IMG/VR virus record: IMGVR_UViG_3300032243_000867 | Span: 96,001 to 160,000 of that record | Origin: a virus | Lineage: Duplodnaviria > Caudoviricetes | DNA: 64,000 bases | Strand: one strand, 5' to 3' | Shown here: piece by piece, positions 17,408-27,054 of the stretch | Position numbering within the stretch: the first letter of the stretch is position 1 | How the letters are laid out: each line of letters begins with the position of its first letter | Position numbers and translations under genes: made by a program | The notes under the pieces: generated by a model | Database searches by the model: none | Told to the model about the DNA's origin: nothing | Seen by the model: the letters and a program-made list of their open reading frames with translations, nothing else

Positions 17408-18153
17408 CCCGTCAGCGAGAAATCCCTTCGGTCCTGTACCGACAGCCCAACTACATCAACATGACGTTCCCGATCCTCCCCGGGGTGCCCAAGATCCGGG
17501 TGTCTGGGGCGGCGCGTCTGAACGACGCCTACGGCAACGTGGCGGGTGTCGGTGGCGGCGGGGTCCTCCCCATGTTTGAGGTGCTCTCGGGAGCCACCTT
17601 CGCTTCGCCCAGCGTGCGCGCCAAGAAGGTCCCGTTTGAGGACACGAACCGGGGCGTGACCCGGATGATCTTCGACCCGGATGACTTCGCCACCCCGGCA
17701 CAACCACCCGGCACGAGCTACCTCCCCACGGACGATCAGACGCTCTACCTGCGGATCGAGACGTGGAACCCGGTGACTTCGGCATGGAACCCACCGGGGC
17801 CGATCATCATCATCCCGCCCTACGACTTTTTCACGACGAAGGAGCCCGTGTTCACGGTGACGGGGTTGGCCCCCAACATGGCGCTGGGCGCTTGGCCAGC
17901 GGGGTTGCCTGACTTCATGCGGCCCGCCACCATGAACTTCCTCCTGCCCGCGTACTCCCAGACCATCTCGGTCGGGAACCTCGACTCGGGCAAGGTCCTG
18001 TTCGTTTCGTTTCACCCCGGTATGCCGCCCACGGTCATCATGCCCAAGACCGACCTCGGTCTCACGGGCTCAGGCGTCCCTGAATACTTCGTCGGGTGCC
18101 CGGACGGAAACATCTGGTTCACCCTCCGCATCGCCGTGGTGAACAGCGCCTAA
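17404..18153 (+). CDS. Hypothetical virion protein
   Basis: GTGA-coupled start. Pro/Gly-rich beta protein. Confidence 0.55.
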   Translation: MTRQREIPSVLYRQPNYINMTFPILPGVPKIRVSGAARLNDAYGNVAGVGGGGVLPMFEVLSGATFASPSVRAKKVPFEDTNRGVTRMIFDPDDFATPAQPPGTSYLPTDDQTLYLRIETWNPVTSAWNPPGPIIIIPPYDFFTTKEPVFTVTGLAPNMALGAWPAGLPDFMRPATMNFLLPAYSQTISVGNLDSGKVLFVSFHPGMPPTVIMPKTDLGLTGSGVPEYFVGCPDGNIWFTLRIAVVNSA

Positions 18154-18223
18154 CGGCCCTACGGTGAGACCGTATCACCTCACCATCATCTACGAGTAAG
18201 CCCTCCCCGCGCCGTTTTCCGTT

Positions 18224-18245
18224 CTATTCCTCGGCGGGTAGGTAG
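18224..18245 (+). promoter_or_regulatory. Putative phage late-promoter motif
   Basis: CTATTCctcggcGGGTAGGTAG, same spacing as 783-804, and intergenic. Confidence 0.5.
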
Positions 18246-18319
18246 GGCGGATTTCGTTCCCCCGGACCCCGTGGACTCTGCCACCGACACCCGGTGGAAA
18301 CGAAAACAGGAGCAAACCA

Positions 18320-19012
18320 ATGCCGTTCATCTGCCTCGCTCGTACCGACATCCCGAACTCGACCCTTCAGGTCACCGACCTCTGGCCCAACAAGAGCCAG
18401 ACCAACCCCGTGATCGACCCCCCGGCGGTCGGCCCGCTGTACATCAACGCGCCGACGACGGCCACCGTGACCCTCACCACGGTGGGCGCGGTCAAGACCT
18501 TCACCATCGCGGCGTCGGGCCTCGCGGCGTACCTCCTCGCCAACGTCCAAGCGGCGGGCGCGGGCGGCATCGCCCTCACCCCGGCTCAAGCCAACGCGGC
18601 GGCGGCGGCGATCATCGCGGCCATGCGGGCGGGCTCGGCCCTCTCCCTCGCGGCGATCAACGCCCTCCTCGTGGCGGCGGCGGGCGCGGGCACGGAGCTC
18701 ACCACGGCGGGCGGCTCGCTCTCGACGGGTGCCGTGTCGGACGTTCTCCGCATCCTCGGCGGCATCACCTACACCGTCCCGGCGGGCACGCAGATTCAGG
18801 GCGCGGGTCCGATCTTCACCGCGCAGGCGGGTGCGGCGGCGTGGAACGCGGCGAACTTCGCGGACCACAAGGACATCCTTCCGACGGACTCGTCGTTCTA
18901 CCAGAGCCTCGCCTACGGCAAGATCGCTGGCTTCAAGGCCGCGACCTTCTCGTACGTCGGCGTGACGGGTGCGGCGATCACCGTGTATGACGACGCGGGC
19001 GGGGTGTACTGA
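18320..19012 (+). CDS. Ala/Gly/Thr-rich virion protein
   Basis: SD aggag, with the strong codon bias seen in the structural genes. Confidence 0.65.
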   Translation: MPFICLARTDIPNSTLQVTDLWPNKSQTNPVIDPPAVGPLYINAPTTATVTLTTVGAVKTFTIAASGLAAYLLANVQAAGAGGIALTPAQANAAAAAIIAAMRAGSALSLAAINALLVAAAGAGTELTTAGGSLSTGAVSDVLRILGGITYTVPAGTQIQGAGPIFTAQAGAAAWNAANFADHKDILPTDSSFYQSLAYGKIAGFKAATFSYVGVTGAAITVYDDAGGVY

Positions 19013-19040
19013 GCCAACCCCCATAGAAGGGAACTAGACC

Positions 19041-19505
19041 ATGACCATCGTAGCAGCAATTGGCGCGACCGACGCCACAGCCCTCGGCAGCGCCGGGGCG
19101 GTGACGGGGCCTCGCTCGCTTCTCTTCTTCGGAACTGCGAACATCGCGGCGGGTGACAACGCCACCCCCGCGAGCTCGACCCCGGTGCAATCGGGCTTCT
19201 GCGGCGCGTCAACCATCGTCGTTGGCGTCCCCATGATCCGTCCCGGTTTCGTCACGGGGCTGGGCATCCGGCTCTCGGGCGCGGCAGCGGGCAGCGTGGC
19301 GATCTTCGGTGTCTATAAGAACGGCACCATCGTCGCCTCATTGAACATCGGCATCACGGGGGGCCAGAACTTCGCCACCTATCCAGAGGGTCGCTATGCC
19401 TTCGCGGCGAACGACGTGATCGACGTTCGCATCCGCACGGGCTCGGGCTGGTCGGCCACCACGGTGGATGCGGCCATCTCGGTCGAGATCCAAACCACCA
19501 CCTGA
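19041..19505 (+). CDS. Small beta-sandwich virion protein
   Basis: SD aaggga. Jelly-roll-like composition. Confidence 0.6.
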   Translation: MTIVAAIGATDATALGSAGAVTGPRSLLFFGTANIAAGDNATPASSTPVQSGFCGASTIVVGVPMIRPGFVTGLGIRLSGAAAGSVAIFGVYKNGTIVASLNIGITGGQNFATYPEGRYAFAANDVIDVRIRTGSGWSATTVDAAISVEIQTTT

Positions 19506-19549
19506 TCCCCCCCGCATCGCGGTAGGAAGGCTTTTACCCGCCTACCGCG

Positions 19550-19906
19550 ATGTCCACCGATGCCTACATCGGGAGCCCTTTCGTGTTCCAAGTCGGGTAC
19601 TTGGACGACACGGGTCAACCCATCACCGTTACGGGCGTGAACCTCACCCTGTTCGTGTTCGACGCGAACACAGGCGTTCGCACCACTCTGGTTTCGGCGG
19701 CACCTATGGCTCCTATCGTGCCGCCGATGCCCAGCCGCTACTACTACGCCTATACGATCCCGCCTACGTTGGAAGACGGCACCCCGCTCTACGCGGAGTA
19801 CCGAGCTACGAGCGTTCTCACGGGATTCGACGTGGTGGTTTCAGATACGCTGAACCTACACGCGAAGCCATCAGACCTCGGCCTACGCTCCCGGTTCGTG
19901 AGGTGA
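19550..19906 (+). CDS. Ig-like hypothetical protein
   Basis: Alternating beta pattern with RYYYAYTIP. The ATG lies inside a 12-bp inverted repeat. Confidence 0.55.
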   Translation: MSTDAYIGSPFVFQVGYLDDTGQPITVTGVNLTLFVFDANTGVRTTLVSAAPMAPIVPPMPSRYYYAYTIPPTLEDGTPLYAEYRATSVLTGFDVVVSDTLNLHAKPSDLGLRSRFVR

Positions 19907-20142
19907 ACCCCGTGATCTGGCTCAAAGACTTTCGTATGGCAGGGTTTCTCATTTCTCGCGGGTTCCCCATGTCCGACATGAGGCTGGACGCGCGTGGGGA
20001 CGTTGAGATTTCCTTCAACGACGAGGACCGCAAGGTTTCCGACTCCCTTCGCGAGTATCCGCAATCCGTGGAGTTCAAGTACGACACGTCTTGCAAGGTC
20101 GTCCACGACCTCATTCGTCTCAAACTCAGGAATGGGCGATGA
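19903..20142 (+). CDS. DUF5659-like small protein
   Basis: GTGA-coupled start. KDFRMAGFLISRG resembles the D(L/F)xLA(A)FL signature. Confidence 0.45.
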   Translation: MNPVIWLKDFRMAGFLISRGFPMSDMRLDARGDVEISFNDEDRKVSDSLREYPQSVEFKYDTSCKVVHDLIRLKLRNGR

Positions 20143-20672
20143 ACCGCAAACAGCGCCGCGCGGCGGAAAAGTCCGCTCGCCGGTATCCATTCAAAACGCA
20201 ACGCACAGGGGAAAGAAAAGTCATGTCTCTCGCTCGCATCGAAGCCGACATCCTCGCCGCTCAAGAAGAGGGCAAAGCCGCCATCGCCAAGTACAACGAC
20301 TACGCGAAGTCGGTGACCGAAGAAGTACACAACCTGCTTCGCCAAGCGGGCCTGTTCGATGCGATCAATGCCCTTGAGATGGATCGACTGGAAGTCCGCA
20401 AAGAACTTCAAGCCAAGATCGAAGGGGTCAACGCGAAGATCTCAGAGCTTCAGAAGGTACGTTCTTACCTCGCGGCCCCCGCTCCCGAAGCCCCCGCTCC
20501 CGAAGCCCCCGCCCACGAGGAAGTCTCCGAGGAAGCCCACGAGGACGCCCCGGAAGTCACCCTCGTCGAAGAGCCCGCCGCCGAGAAGAAGACCCGCAAG
20601 AAGAAGACGGCACCCGCTCCCGAGGCACCCGCCCCTGTCGTCGCCCGAAAGCTCGAACGCCCCCAGTTCTGA
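20139..20672 (+). CDS. Coiled-coil protein with low-complexity tail
   Basis: Heptad pattern and APAPE repeats. Alternative start ATG 20223. Confidence 0.55.
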   Translation: MNRKQRRAAEKSARRYPFKTQRTGERKVMSLARIEADILAAQEEGKAAIAKYNDYAKSVTEEVHNLLRQAGLFDAINALEMDRLEVRKELQAKIEGVNAKISELQKVRSYLAAPAPEAPAPEAPAHEEVSEEAHEDAPEVTLVEEPAAEKKTRKKKTAPAPEAPAPVVARKLERPQF

Positions 20673-20689
20673 TTCTTTCGGTTCCGCGC

Positions 20690-20712
20690 CTATACAAGCC
20701 CCCCTAGTGTAG
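20690..20712 (+). promoter_or_regulatory. Putative phage late-promoter motif
   Basis: CTAT-N13-GTGTAG, intergenic, upstream of the fibre gene leader. Confidence 0.45.
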
Positions 20713-20844
20713 ATCCGACCCCCCGCGCCTCTTCTCCTATCAGGCCGGGACCATCCTATCAGTATCCCCCATCGCCCGAATGCTTCGGGTGGGGCTGGTA
20801 ACTGATCCGACTACGACCCCTTCGCGGGTCTAGGATGGTCCATC

Positions 20845-23337
20845 ATGGCCTCGATTCAGTACAACAAGATCCTCGCAGTTCCCTCTTCGGGCCTCAAGAA
20901 CCCGGCGGCTCCCAAGGCCGTTGACAGCCTCGCCCTGTCTCTCGCTCAGACGAGCATTCAACTCGGCGCGAGCGGCTTTTTCAAGCTGCTCGACAGCGCG
21001 GGCGCGGACCTCCTCAACGCCCAGAACTCGGCCATCTCGTTCGCCCCGGACGCGAGCTTCTCGCAGGACCTCACGGTCAGCGGCGACACCATCCTCGCGG
21101 CCCTCTCGGCCACGAACGCCTCGTTCTCGGGCACGCTCGGCGTGACCGGGGCGTCCACCCTCGGCGTGCTCTCGGCGGGCGCGACGGACGTGGACAGCCT
21201 CTCGGTGGACGTGAACGCCTCGGTGGGCGGCGAGCTCACGGTCAGCGGCGACTCGAACCTCGCGGACCTGTACGCGGCGGCGGCTTCGTTCTCGGGTGAC
21301 GTGTCCGTCTCGGGCAACCTGACGGTCAACGGCAAGGTCACCACGATCAACTCGGACCAGATCATGGTCCACGATCCGATCATGGTGCTGGCCGACGGCA
21401 ACACGGCGGACACCTTCGACATCGGTTTCGTGGGCAAGCGCAAGGTCGGCGCGGCCTTCGAGAACGTGTCGTTCTTCTACGACCAGTCGGCGGGCGAGTT
21501 CGCCGTCGCCAACGTCGGCACGACCTACGGTCAGGACGGCAGCAACAACTACCAGTCCCTCACCGTGGCGTCCTACATGGACCTCCACATCGCGGACCTC
21601 GCTGCGGCCAGCGCGGACTTCTCGGCGAACGTGTCGATCTCGGGCACCCTCTCGGCGGGCAACACCACCGTTGCCGACCTGACGGCTGAGGACGGCACGT
21701 TCTCGGGCAACATCGCAGCGGTCAACGCGACCCTCTCGGGCAACATCTCCGCGGTGGACGGCACGTTCTCGGGCGACATCTCGGCGGACGACATCTCGGC
21801 GGCGACGGCGACCCTCTCGGGTGCCCTCTCGGCGGCTTCGGCCTCGATCTCTGGCGCGGCCACCATCGGCTCTACGCTCGACGTGACGGGTGCCCTCTCG
21901 GCGGCTTCGGCCAGCATCACGGGCGCGATGTCTTCGGGCTCCGTCTCGACGGGGAACCTCACCGCCTCGGGCTCGGCCACCGTTGCCGGTACGCTCTCGG
22001 CGGGCGCGACGGACGTGGACAGCCTCTCGGTGGACGGCAACGCCTCGGTGGGTGGGAACATCACCGCCGTGGACGCCACCCTCTCGGGCGACCTCGCTGC
22101 GGTTGACGCGACCCTCTCGGGCGACCTCGCCGCCGTAGGCGGCACGTTCTCGGGCAACATCGCCGCGGTTGACGCCACCCTGTCGGGTGACCTCGCGGCG
22201 GTTGACGCCACCCTGTCGGGCAACATCGCTGCGGTTGACGCCACCCTGTCGGGTGACCTCGCTGCGGTTGACGGCACGTTCTCGGGCAACATCGCGGCTG
22301 TGGACGCGACCCTCTCGGGTGACCTCTCGGCTATGGACGCGGCCCTCTCGGGCAACGCCACCATCGCGGGTACGCTCGGCGTGACGGGAGCCCTCTCGGG
22401 CTCTTCGGCCTCGTTCAGCGCCAACATCGCGGCGGTTGACGCGACCCTCTCGGGCGACCTCGCGGCGGTTGACGCGACCCTCTCGGGCGACCTCACGGTC
22501 GCGGGTGCGGCGGACCTCGACGCCCTCACCGCTTCGGGCGCGGTTCACTTCACGGCGACTGACGATGCCCTCTCCATCACCATCCCCGCGATGGCGGTCA
22601 CCGAGAACTACGCTCTCGAAGTCGAGGGCGGCGTCCACATGGACGGCCACCTCTACCTCGCCAAAACGGGCGGCTCGCTCGACCTGAGCAGTTCTCCCGT
22701 CACCCCCGACTTCATGGTCGATGGCAAGTCGGTCTTCGCCGCGCGTCTGCACTCGGGCTCGGCGTCGAACCCCGACTTCATGGTGGTTGGTCACGCCCGG
22801 TTCAACTCGGGCTTCGTGGTGGACAGCGGGGCCGCTGCCTCGATCACCGTCGCCAACGTGTCGGGCGACGCCATCTCGTTCTCGACGGGCACGGACGGCC
22901 ACATCCACCTCGACGCTGCCAAGATCCTCCGTCTCTCGGCGGCTCAGGGCATCGCGACGAACCACACCGCGAACGCCTCGGGCGCGGTGGCGGCGAACCT
23001 CGCCGTTTCCATCAACGCCACGGGGGACTTCGTCGCCGTGCGCGCCAACGAGAAGAACGCCCTCGTCCTCGGCGTGTCGCTCGCCAGCATCGCTGGTTCG
23101 ACCTCGGCCAAGGGCAAGGTTGCCGAGTTCGGCAAGGTGGACATCGCCGTCGAAGGCGGGGCCAGCATCGCCATTGGCGACCTTCTGTACCTGTCGGCCA
23201 GCGAGGCGGGCAAGGTCACGAACGTCGTCCCGGTTGACGCGGACAGCACCGCGTACCTCATGGGCAAGGCCCTCCAGGCCCCCGTCGCGGGCAAGGTCAG
23301 CATCGCGCTGCACCGCCAGTTCCTCTACAACAACTGA
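20845..23337 (+). CDS. Fibre-like virion protein with 11-aa repeats and C-terminal DUF2190/cement-like domain
   Basis: Ala/Ser/Gly/Asp-rich beta-repeat shaft. C-terminus LGVSL...VAEFG.V...IGDLLYLS..AGKVT...MGKAL. Confidence 0.65.
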   Translation: MASIQYNKILAVPSSGLKNPAAPKAVDSLALSLAQTSIQLGASGFFKLLDSAGADLLNAQNSAISFAPDASFSQDLTVSGDTILAALSATNASFSGTLGVTGASTLGVLSAGATDVDSLSVDVNASVGGELTVSGDSNLADLYAAAASFSGDVSVSGNLTVNGKVTTINSDQIMVHDPIMVLADGNTADTFDIGFVGKRKVGAAFENVSFFYDQSAGEFAVANVGTTYGQDGSNNYQSLTVASYMDLHIADLAAASADFSANVSISGTLSAGNTTVADLTAEDGTFSGNIAAVNATLSGNISAVDGTFSGDISADDISAATATLSGALSAASASISGAATIGSTLDVTGALSAASASITGAMSSGSVSTGNLTASGSATVAGTLSAGATDVDSLSVDGNASVGGNITAVDATLSGDLAAVDATLSGDLAAVGGTFSGNIAAVDATLSGDLAAVDATLSGNIAAVDATLSGDLAAVDGTFSGNIAAVDATLSGDLSAMDAALSGNATIAGTLGVTGALSGSSASFSANIAAVDATLSGDLAAVDATLSGDLTVAGAADLDALTASGAVHFTATDDALSITIPAMAVTENYALEVEGGVHMDGHLYLAKTGGSLDLSSSPVTPDFMVDGKSVFAARLHSGSASNPDFMVVGHARFNSGFVVDSGAAASITVANVSGDAISFSTGTDGHIHLDAAKILRLSAAQGIATNHTANASGAVAANLAVSINATGDFVAVRANEKNALVLGVSLASIAGSTSAKGKVAEFGKVDIAVEGGASIAIGDLLYLSASEAGKVTNVVPVDADSTAYLMGKALQAPVAGKVSIALHRQFLYNN
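22054..22350 (+). repeat. 33-nt coding repeat x9 (G[N/D][I/L]AAVDATLS)
   Basis: Regular 33-nt period, with additional copies near 21700 and 22420-22490. Confidence 0.9.
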
Positions 23338-23377
23338 GTGACCCGGTAGCCCTCGCGCTACCGACACTCCCCCGCCG

Positions 23378-23420
23378 GAAAACCCCCCAGAGGCGTCGCC
23401 CTCGGGGGGGTTTTCTTTCT
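23378..23420 (+). terminator. Intrinsic terminator
   Basis: gaaaacccccc...ggggggttttc followed by tttct, after the fibre gene. Confidence 0.8.
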
Positions 23421-23437
23421 ATAGGGCGGGGTGTTCG

Positions 23438-23848
23438 ATGTCCGACGAGAGCGCCCCGCAAGTCAACAAGTACCTTCACATGGGCCTCGGGGAAGCCGTG
23501 CGTAGGCTCCTCGACGTTGAGATCCAGTACCGGCACGGCCAGCGGGGGGAAGCCCTCGTGAAAGAACGCGACCTGATTCTATCGGCCCTGAACCGGGTCG
23601 AGCTTCAGCTAGGGTTCGATTGCAACTCCGATGGGGTGCCCGACACTGTGGAGATTTTCCAGCAAGCTGCGGAAACCTCCTGCTGCCGTATCACCTCGTT
23701 CGACCCTCCCGCCGCGCCCTCCCCCAAGGGGGAGTCCCTCATCGTTCTCGATTCCTCGCGGTCGCCCGACCCCCCCGCGACGGTCGAAACCGTCGCGGAG
23801 TCTGAAGGTCTATTCGCCCGACTGTTCGGAACAGGTAAGAAGAAATGA
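23438..23848 (+). CDS. Hypothetical protein with DCNxDGxPD Ca-binding-like motif
   Basis: FDCNSDGVPDT. Confidence 0.55.
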   Translation: MSDESAPQVNKYLHMGLGEAVRRLLDVEIQYRHGQRGEALVKERDLILSALNRVELQLGFDCNSDGVPDTVEIFQQAAETSCCRITSFDPPAAPSPKGESLIVLDSSRSPDPPATVETVAESEGLFARLFGTGKKK

Positions 23849-24129
23849 CCCCCTCGATCCCCTACCTCCTCGCAGCCTACGGGCTCACGTTCGGCCTGCA
23901 AAACAAGGCTCCGTTCCTTCGCGGGAAGTTTCGGTTCACCGATGCTCTGCTGAAGTGCAGCTATTGCACGGGGTTCCACGCAGGGTGGGTCACCTACCTC
24001 GCGTCCGTCCCGCTAGAACACTCGCACCTGACAAGGTGGTCCCTCGTCGCCGCCTTGGTGTGGGCGTTCGCCTCGTCGGCCTTCAGCTACTCCGTGGACA
24101 CCGCCGTGCGACGCTTGGAGACTAAGTAG
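23845..24129 (+). CDS. DUF1360-like membrane protein
   Basis: Hydrophobic helices with LLKCSYCTGFHAGW. Confidence 0.65.
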   Translation: MTPSIPYLLAAYGLTFGLQNKAPFLRGKFRFTDALLKCSYCTGFHAGWVTYLASVPLEHSHLTRWSLVAALVWAFASSAFSYSVDTAVRRLETK

Positions 24130-24133
24130 CCTC

Positions 24134-24604
24134 GTGCCCCTCGTCATCATCCCCCGTAACCCGTCTACGTCTACCTCGACGAACGTCGTCATCGACGGGG
24201 CCGTGTTCACGCCCCCCGGCGAACCCCCTATCTCGGGCGGCACGGGAACCCTTCGGTATCTGGGGATGGCCGTCGGTGCCCTCATGGACCTCGCAACGGG
24301 ACAACTCAACCTGTTCCCCGTGGGCTCCCGCACGGAAGACAACCCGCTGATGTTCTACGGGTTCCTCACGGGCATGGGCGGGTCGGGAATCATCGTCGCC
24401 ACGGGGCGGGGTTCCATCGTCACCCCGCTGTCCAAGGACGAAGGACCCCTTGAACCGGGGAAAGACGTGTTTCTGTCTCTCGTACCCGGCTACGTCACCC
24501 AAGGGTACGAGATGGAAACCGAAGGATCGGCGTACCTGCGGATCGGATACGCCCTCGACGGAACCCGCATCGTCATCGCCACCGACACCCGCATTCAGTT
24601 CTGA
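24134..24604 (+). CDS. Hypothetical virion protein (cement-like beta fold)
   Basis: Contains LEPGKDVFLSLVPGYVT, similar in pattern to the fibre C-terminus. Confidence 0.5.
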   Translation: MPLVIIPRNPSTSTSTNVVIDGAVFTPPGEPPISGGTGTLRYLGMAVGALMDLATGQLNLFPVGSRTEDNPLMFYGFLTGMGGSGIIVATGRGSIVTPLSKDEGPLEPGKDVFLSLVPGYVTQGYEMETEGSAYLRIGYALDGTRIVIATDTRIQF

Positions 24605-24613
24605 GAGACTGCC

Positions 24614-24931
24614 ATGACCCCCAGCCTGCCGATGGAAGGGCGAACGACGCCCGTCCCCTCAGCGCACGAAACGCGACTCCCCTACGACGTGCTGCAAGAC
24701 CGCCGCGAAGCCCTCTTGGTAGCGGCCCTCGCAGTCGTCGCGGTCGTCGCGGTCGTCGCCCTTGCGTTGCACTTCCGCCACCCCACGTCCACCCGCGCGC
24801 CCACCACGGAGCACCCCTGCCCTACCTGCCCCGCCGTGCCCCCGTGCCCTGCGGTGCCCCCGTGCCCCGCGTGCCCCGCGTGCCCCGCGTGCCCGACGTG
24901 CCCGCCCGAAAACACCGCAGAGCCCCTGTAG
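24614..24931 (+). CDS. Membrane protein with CPxC/CPA repeats
   Basis: One TM helix, then CPTCPAVPPCPAVPPCPACPACPACPTCP. Confidence 0.55.
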   Translation: MTPSLPMEGRTTPVPSAHETRLPYDVLQDRREALLVAALAVVAVVAVVALALHFRHPTSTRAPTTEHPCPTCPAVPPCPAVPPCPACPACPACPTCPPENTAEPL

Positions 24932-24940
24932 GAGGAACCC

Positions 24941-25711
24941 ATGTCAGTAGTCTTCAACCCCGGACAGACCATCGGGCAGGGTGATCTAGACATCTTCCTG
25001 ACCAACGCGGGCGGGTTTCCTGCCAATGCGGCGTCGATAACCTACGCCCTGTACTACGTCTCCCCCGGACCGCCTGAGACGGAGGTGCTCATCGGGTCCG
25101 CCACCCGCACGCCCGTCAACCCCACGGTGGGCGAGTACTACGCCTCCCTCACCGTGCCCGCGATGGCGACGCCCGGTGACTATCGCATCCGGTGGACGTT
25201 CCAGCAGTTCGCGGGTTCGCCCCCGCAACAAGTGGTGATGGAGTGGGGCGTCGTCTCGGCAGGGCTCATCGCCGTGGGTGCGTACAGCACCCTCACCCAA
25301 GGGATGATCGACAAGTTGCGGTTGCTCCTCCGAGACCAGAACCCGGACAAGTTCTACCACTTCCGGCCCCCGGAGGCCGAGGGGAACATCGGCGCGTACA
25401 ACCGCGTCTTCGGTTACGTCTGGCAGGACAACGAGCTCTTCGAGTACCTAGAGCGCGGGATGGACTGGTGGAACATGATGCCGCCCAACACGGGCGGCTT
25501 CACCCTCGACCAGATGGTCCAGCAGAAGCCCGAATGGCGCACGGCGGTCCTCTGGGACGCCATCACCCACGCTTGCTTCGCCCTCGCGTGCAATTGGGTC
25601 GTTGACGAGTTCTCGGTGAGTTCGGTTACACTACTTCACCTATCCCTGCCCGATGGTAGGAAGGTCGAGGTACCCATTGGCGAGCTCTACGACATCTGCA
25701 CCGACGAGTGA
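24941..25711 (+). CDS. N-half of fractured putative neck/head-tail protein (224-aa extein plus 32-aa IntN)
   Basis: SD ggagga. The extein ends NWVVDEF, followed by the intein block A-like SVSSVTLLHLSLPDGRKVEVPIGELY and a stop. Confidence 0.8.
   Translation: MSVVFNPGQTIGQGDLDIFLTNAGGFPANAASITYALYYVSPGPPETEVLIGSATRTPVNPTVGEYYASLTVPAMATPGDYRIRWTFQQFAGSPPQQVVMEWGVVSAGLIAVGAYSTLTQGMIDKLRLLLRDQNPDKFYHFRPPEAEGNIGAYNRVFGYVWQDNELFEYLERGMDWWNMMPPNTGGFTLDQMVQQKPEWRTAVLWDAITHACFALACNWVVDEFSVSSVTLLHLSLPDGRKVEVPIGELYDICTDE
25613..25708 (+). mobile_element. Split intein N-fragment (IntN, 32 aa, Ser1)
   Basis: S-V-x3-T...DG...PIGELY matches the intein N-terminal block A pattern. Confidence 0.8.
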
Positions 25712-26657
25712 CCTGTCTCCCCGTCAAGTGTCCGTTCGGTACGGGTTCAACTCCCGCGCCGTGATGGATCTTGTTTCCGATGGAACCCTCGTGTTGAGGG
25801 GCCGGAAGGTCACCGCCGCAAGCCTATCCGCCCTCGTCGAAGGGGTGCATTACGTTCGGTGTCGGGAGTGCGGGGCGTTCGCCGCGATGATCCACTCGGC
25901 ACATCTGAAGGCGTGTTCCGGCTTGGCCTCTCTGGGCGAGTACCTAGCGAAGCATCCCGGTGCGCCCGTGATGTCGGAGCGGAACAAGGCCCGGAAAGCC
26001 AAGACCCCCTCACAGCGGGAAGCTCAGTCGCAGAAGCTCAAGGCCCGCTTCCAGACCGCCGAAGGTGATGCAACCCGCCGACAAATCGCGGACTCCTCGC
26101 GACGGATGCAAGCGTCGGAGTCCGGGCAACGTTGCAAGGATCACCTCCGCAAGATGAACTCGGACCCCGCCGTGAAAGCACAACGTAGGGCCGACACCAA
26201 AGCCCGATGGGAGTCGGGTGCCCTTCGTGAAGCCGTCGAAGGGTGGCACCGGGAACACCGGGACGAGTCCCTGTCGTCCGCCCTTCAAGCTAGGCGCTAC
26301 ATTCAACGGAAACGCACGGGCCTCCACCTCAAGTTCAAGGCCCTCATGGAGAGCAACGGGCTCCACGGGTTCGTCACCGAGTACGAGGTCGGGTACCACG
26401 CCGTGGACGAAACCCGCCCCGACTTGAAGATCGCAGTCGAAATAGACGGCTGCTACTGGCACTCTTGCCCCCAGTGCGGGCTCACCGGACCCCGGAGCAC
26501 CCTCCGCACGGACAAGACCAAGACCGCCTACTTGACCAATCGTGGGTGGACGGTGCTCCGCCTCTGGGAGCACGACATCAACCGCGACCCTATGGGGTGC
26601 CTAGATCGTATTCGTCAACTCGTCGCGGACAAGGAACGTGAGAACCATGTTGGATGA
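25653..26657 (+). CDS. Free-standing Vsr/DUF559-like endonuclease between the split-intein halves
   Basis: C-terminal EYEVG...VDE...IAVEIDGCYWH...D..K..YL..RGWTVLRLWEHD. N-terminal Ros/MucR-like Zn finger (YVRCRECG...HLK). Start uncertain (25653 or 25764). Confidence 0.85.
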   Translation: MVGRSRYPLASSTTSAPTSDLSPRQVSVRYGFNSRAVMDLVSDGTLVLRGRKVTAASLSALVEGVHYVRCRECGAFAAMIHSAHLKACSGLASLGEYLAKHPGAPVMSERNKARKAKTPSQREAQSQKLKARFQTAEGDATRRQIADSSRRMQASESGQRCKDHLRKMNSDPAVKAQRRADTKARWESGALREAVEGWHREHRDESLSSALQARRYIQRKRTGLHLKFKALMESNGLHGFVTEYEVGYHAVDETRPDLKIAVEIDGCYWHSCPQCGLTGPRSTLRTDKTKTAYLTNRGWTVLRLWEHDINRDPMGCLDRIRQLVADKERENHVG

Positions 26658-27054
26658 AGCAACCCGAGCCGCAATCCGTGAAGCCTACCGGGCTGGAAAA
26701 CTCAAGGTCGAAGCCGTAGACCCGGCGACGGGGGCAGCTTCTCTTCAGACCGTCACCGCCGTCCTGCGGCACCGCACCCCCCACAAAGACATGGTCCGGG
26801 TGACGCTGACGGACGGTCGATGGGTGGAATGCACCGTGGACCACAGCCTCTTCACCATGGCCGGGGAAGGCGTCACGCCCGTTCCCGCCGGGGAGCTCCA
26901 CGCCGGGGCCTTCATCGCCACGGTCGAGGGCGGGGTAGCCAAGGGTGTCGAGGTGGCCTCCGTCGTGTCCCTACCCCCCGAGGAACACACCTACGACCTG
27001 TCCGTGCCGGGACCCGAGAACTTCGTCCTCGCCAACGGAATCCTCGCCCACAAC
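26647..27054 (+). mobile_element. Split intein C-fragment (IntC, 136 aa, +1 Ser)
   Basis: Canonical HN|S splice junction at 27054/27055. Confidence 0.9.

Noticed and set aside
23420-23433. CTAT...GTG at 23420, 10693 and 40665 as late-promoter copies
   Set aside because: Spacing (8 or 11 nt) or the second box deviates from the consensus, so these were not counted, though they may be variants.
25613-27054. Split intein as a sequencing or assembly artefact of one contiguous intein
   Set aside because: It would need two independent frameshifts. IntC has its own SD and ATG, and the middle ORF is a complete Vsr-like gene. Read-level confirmation is still advisable.
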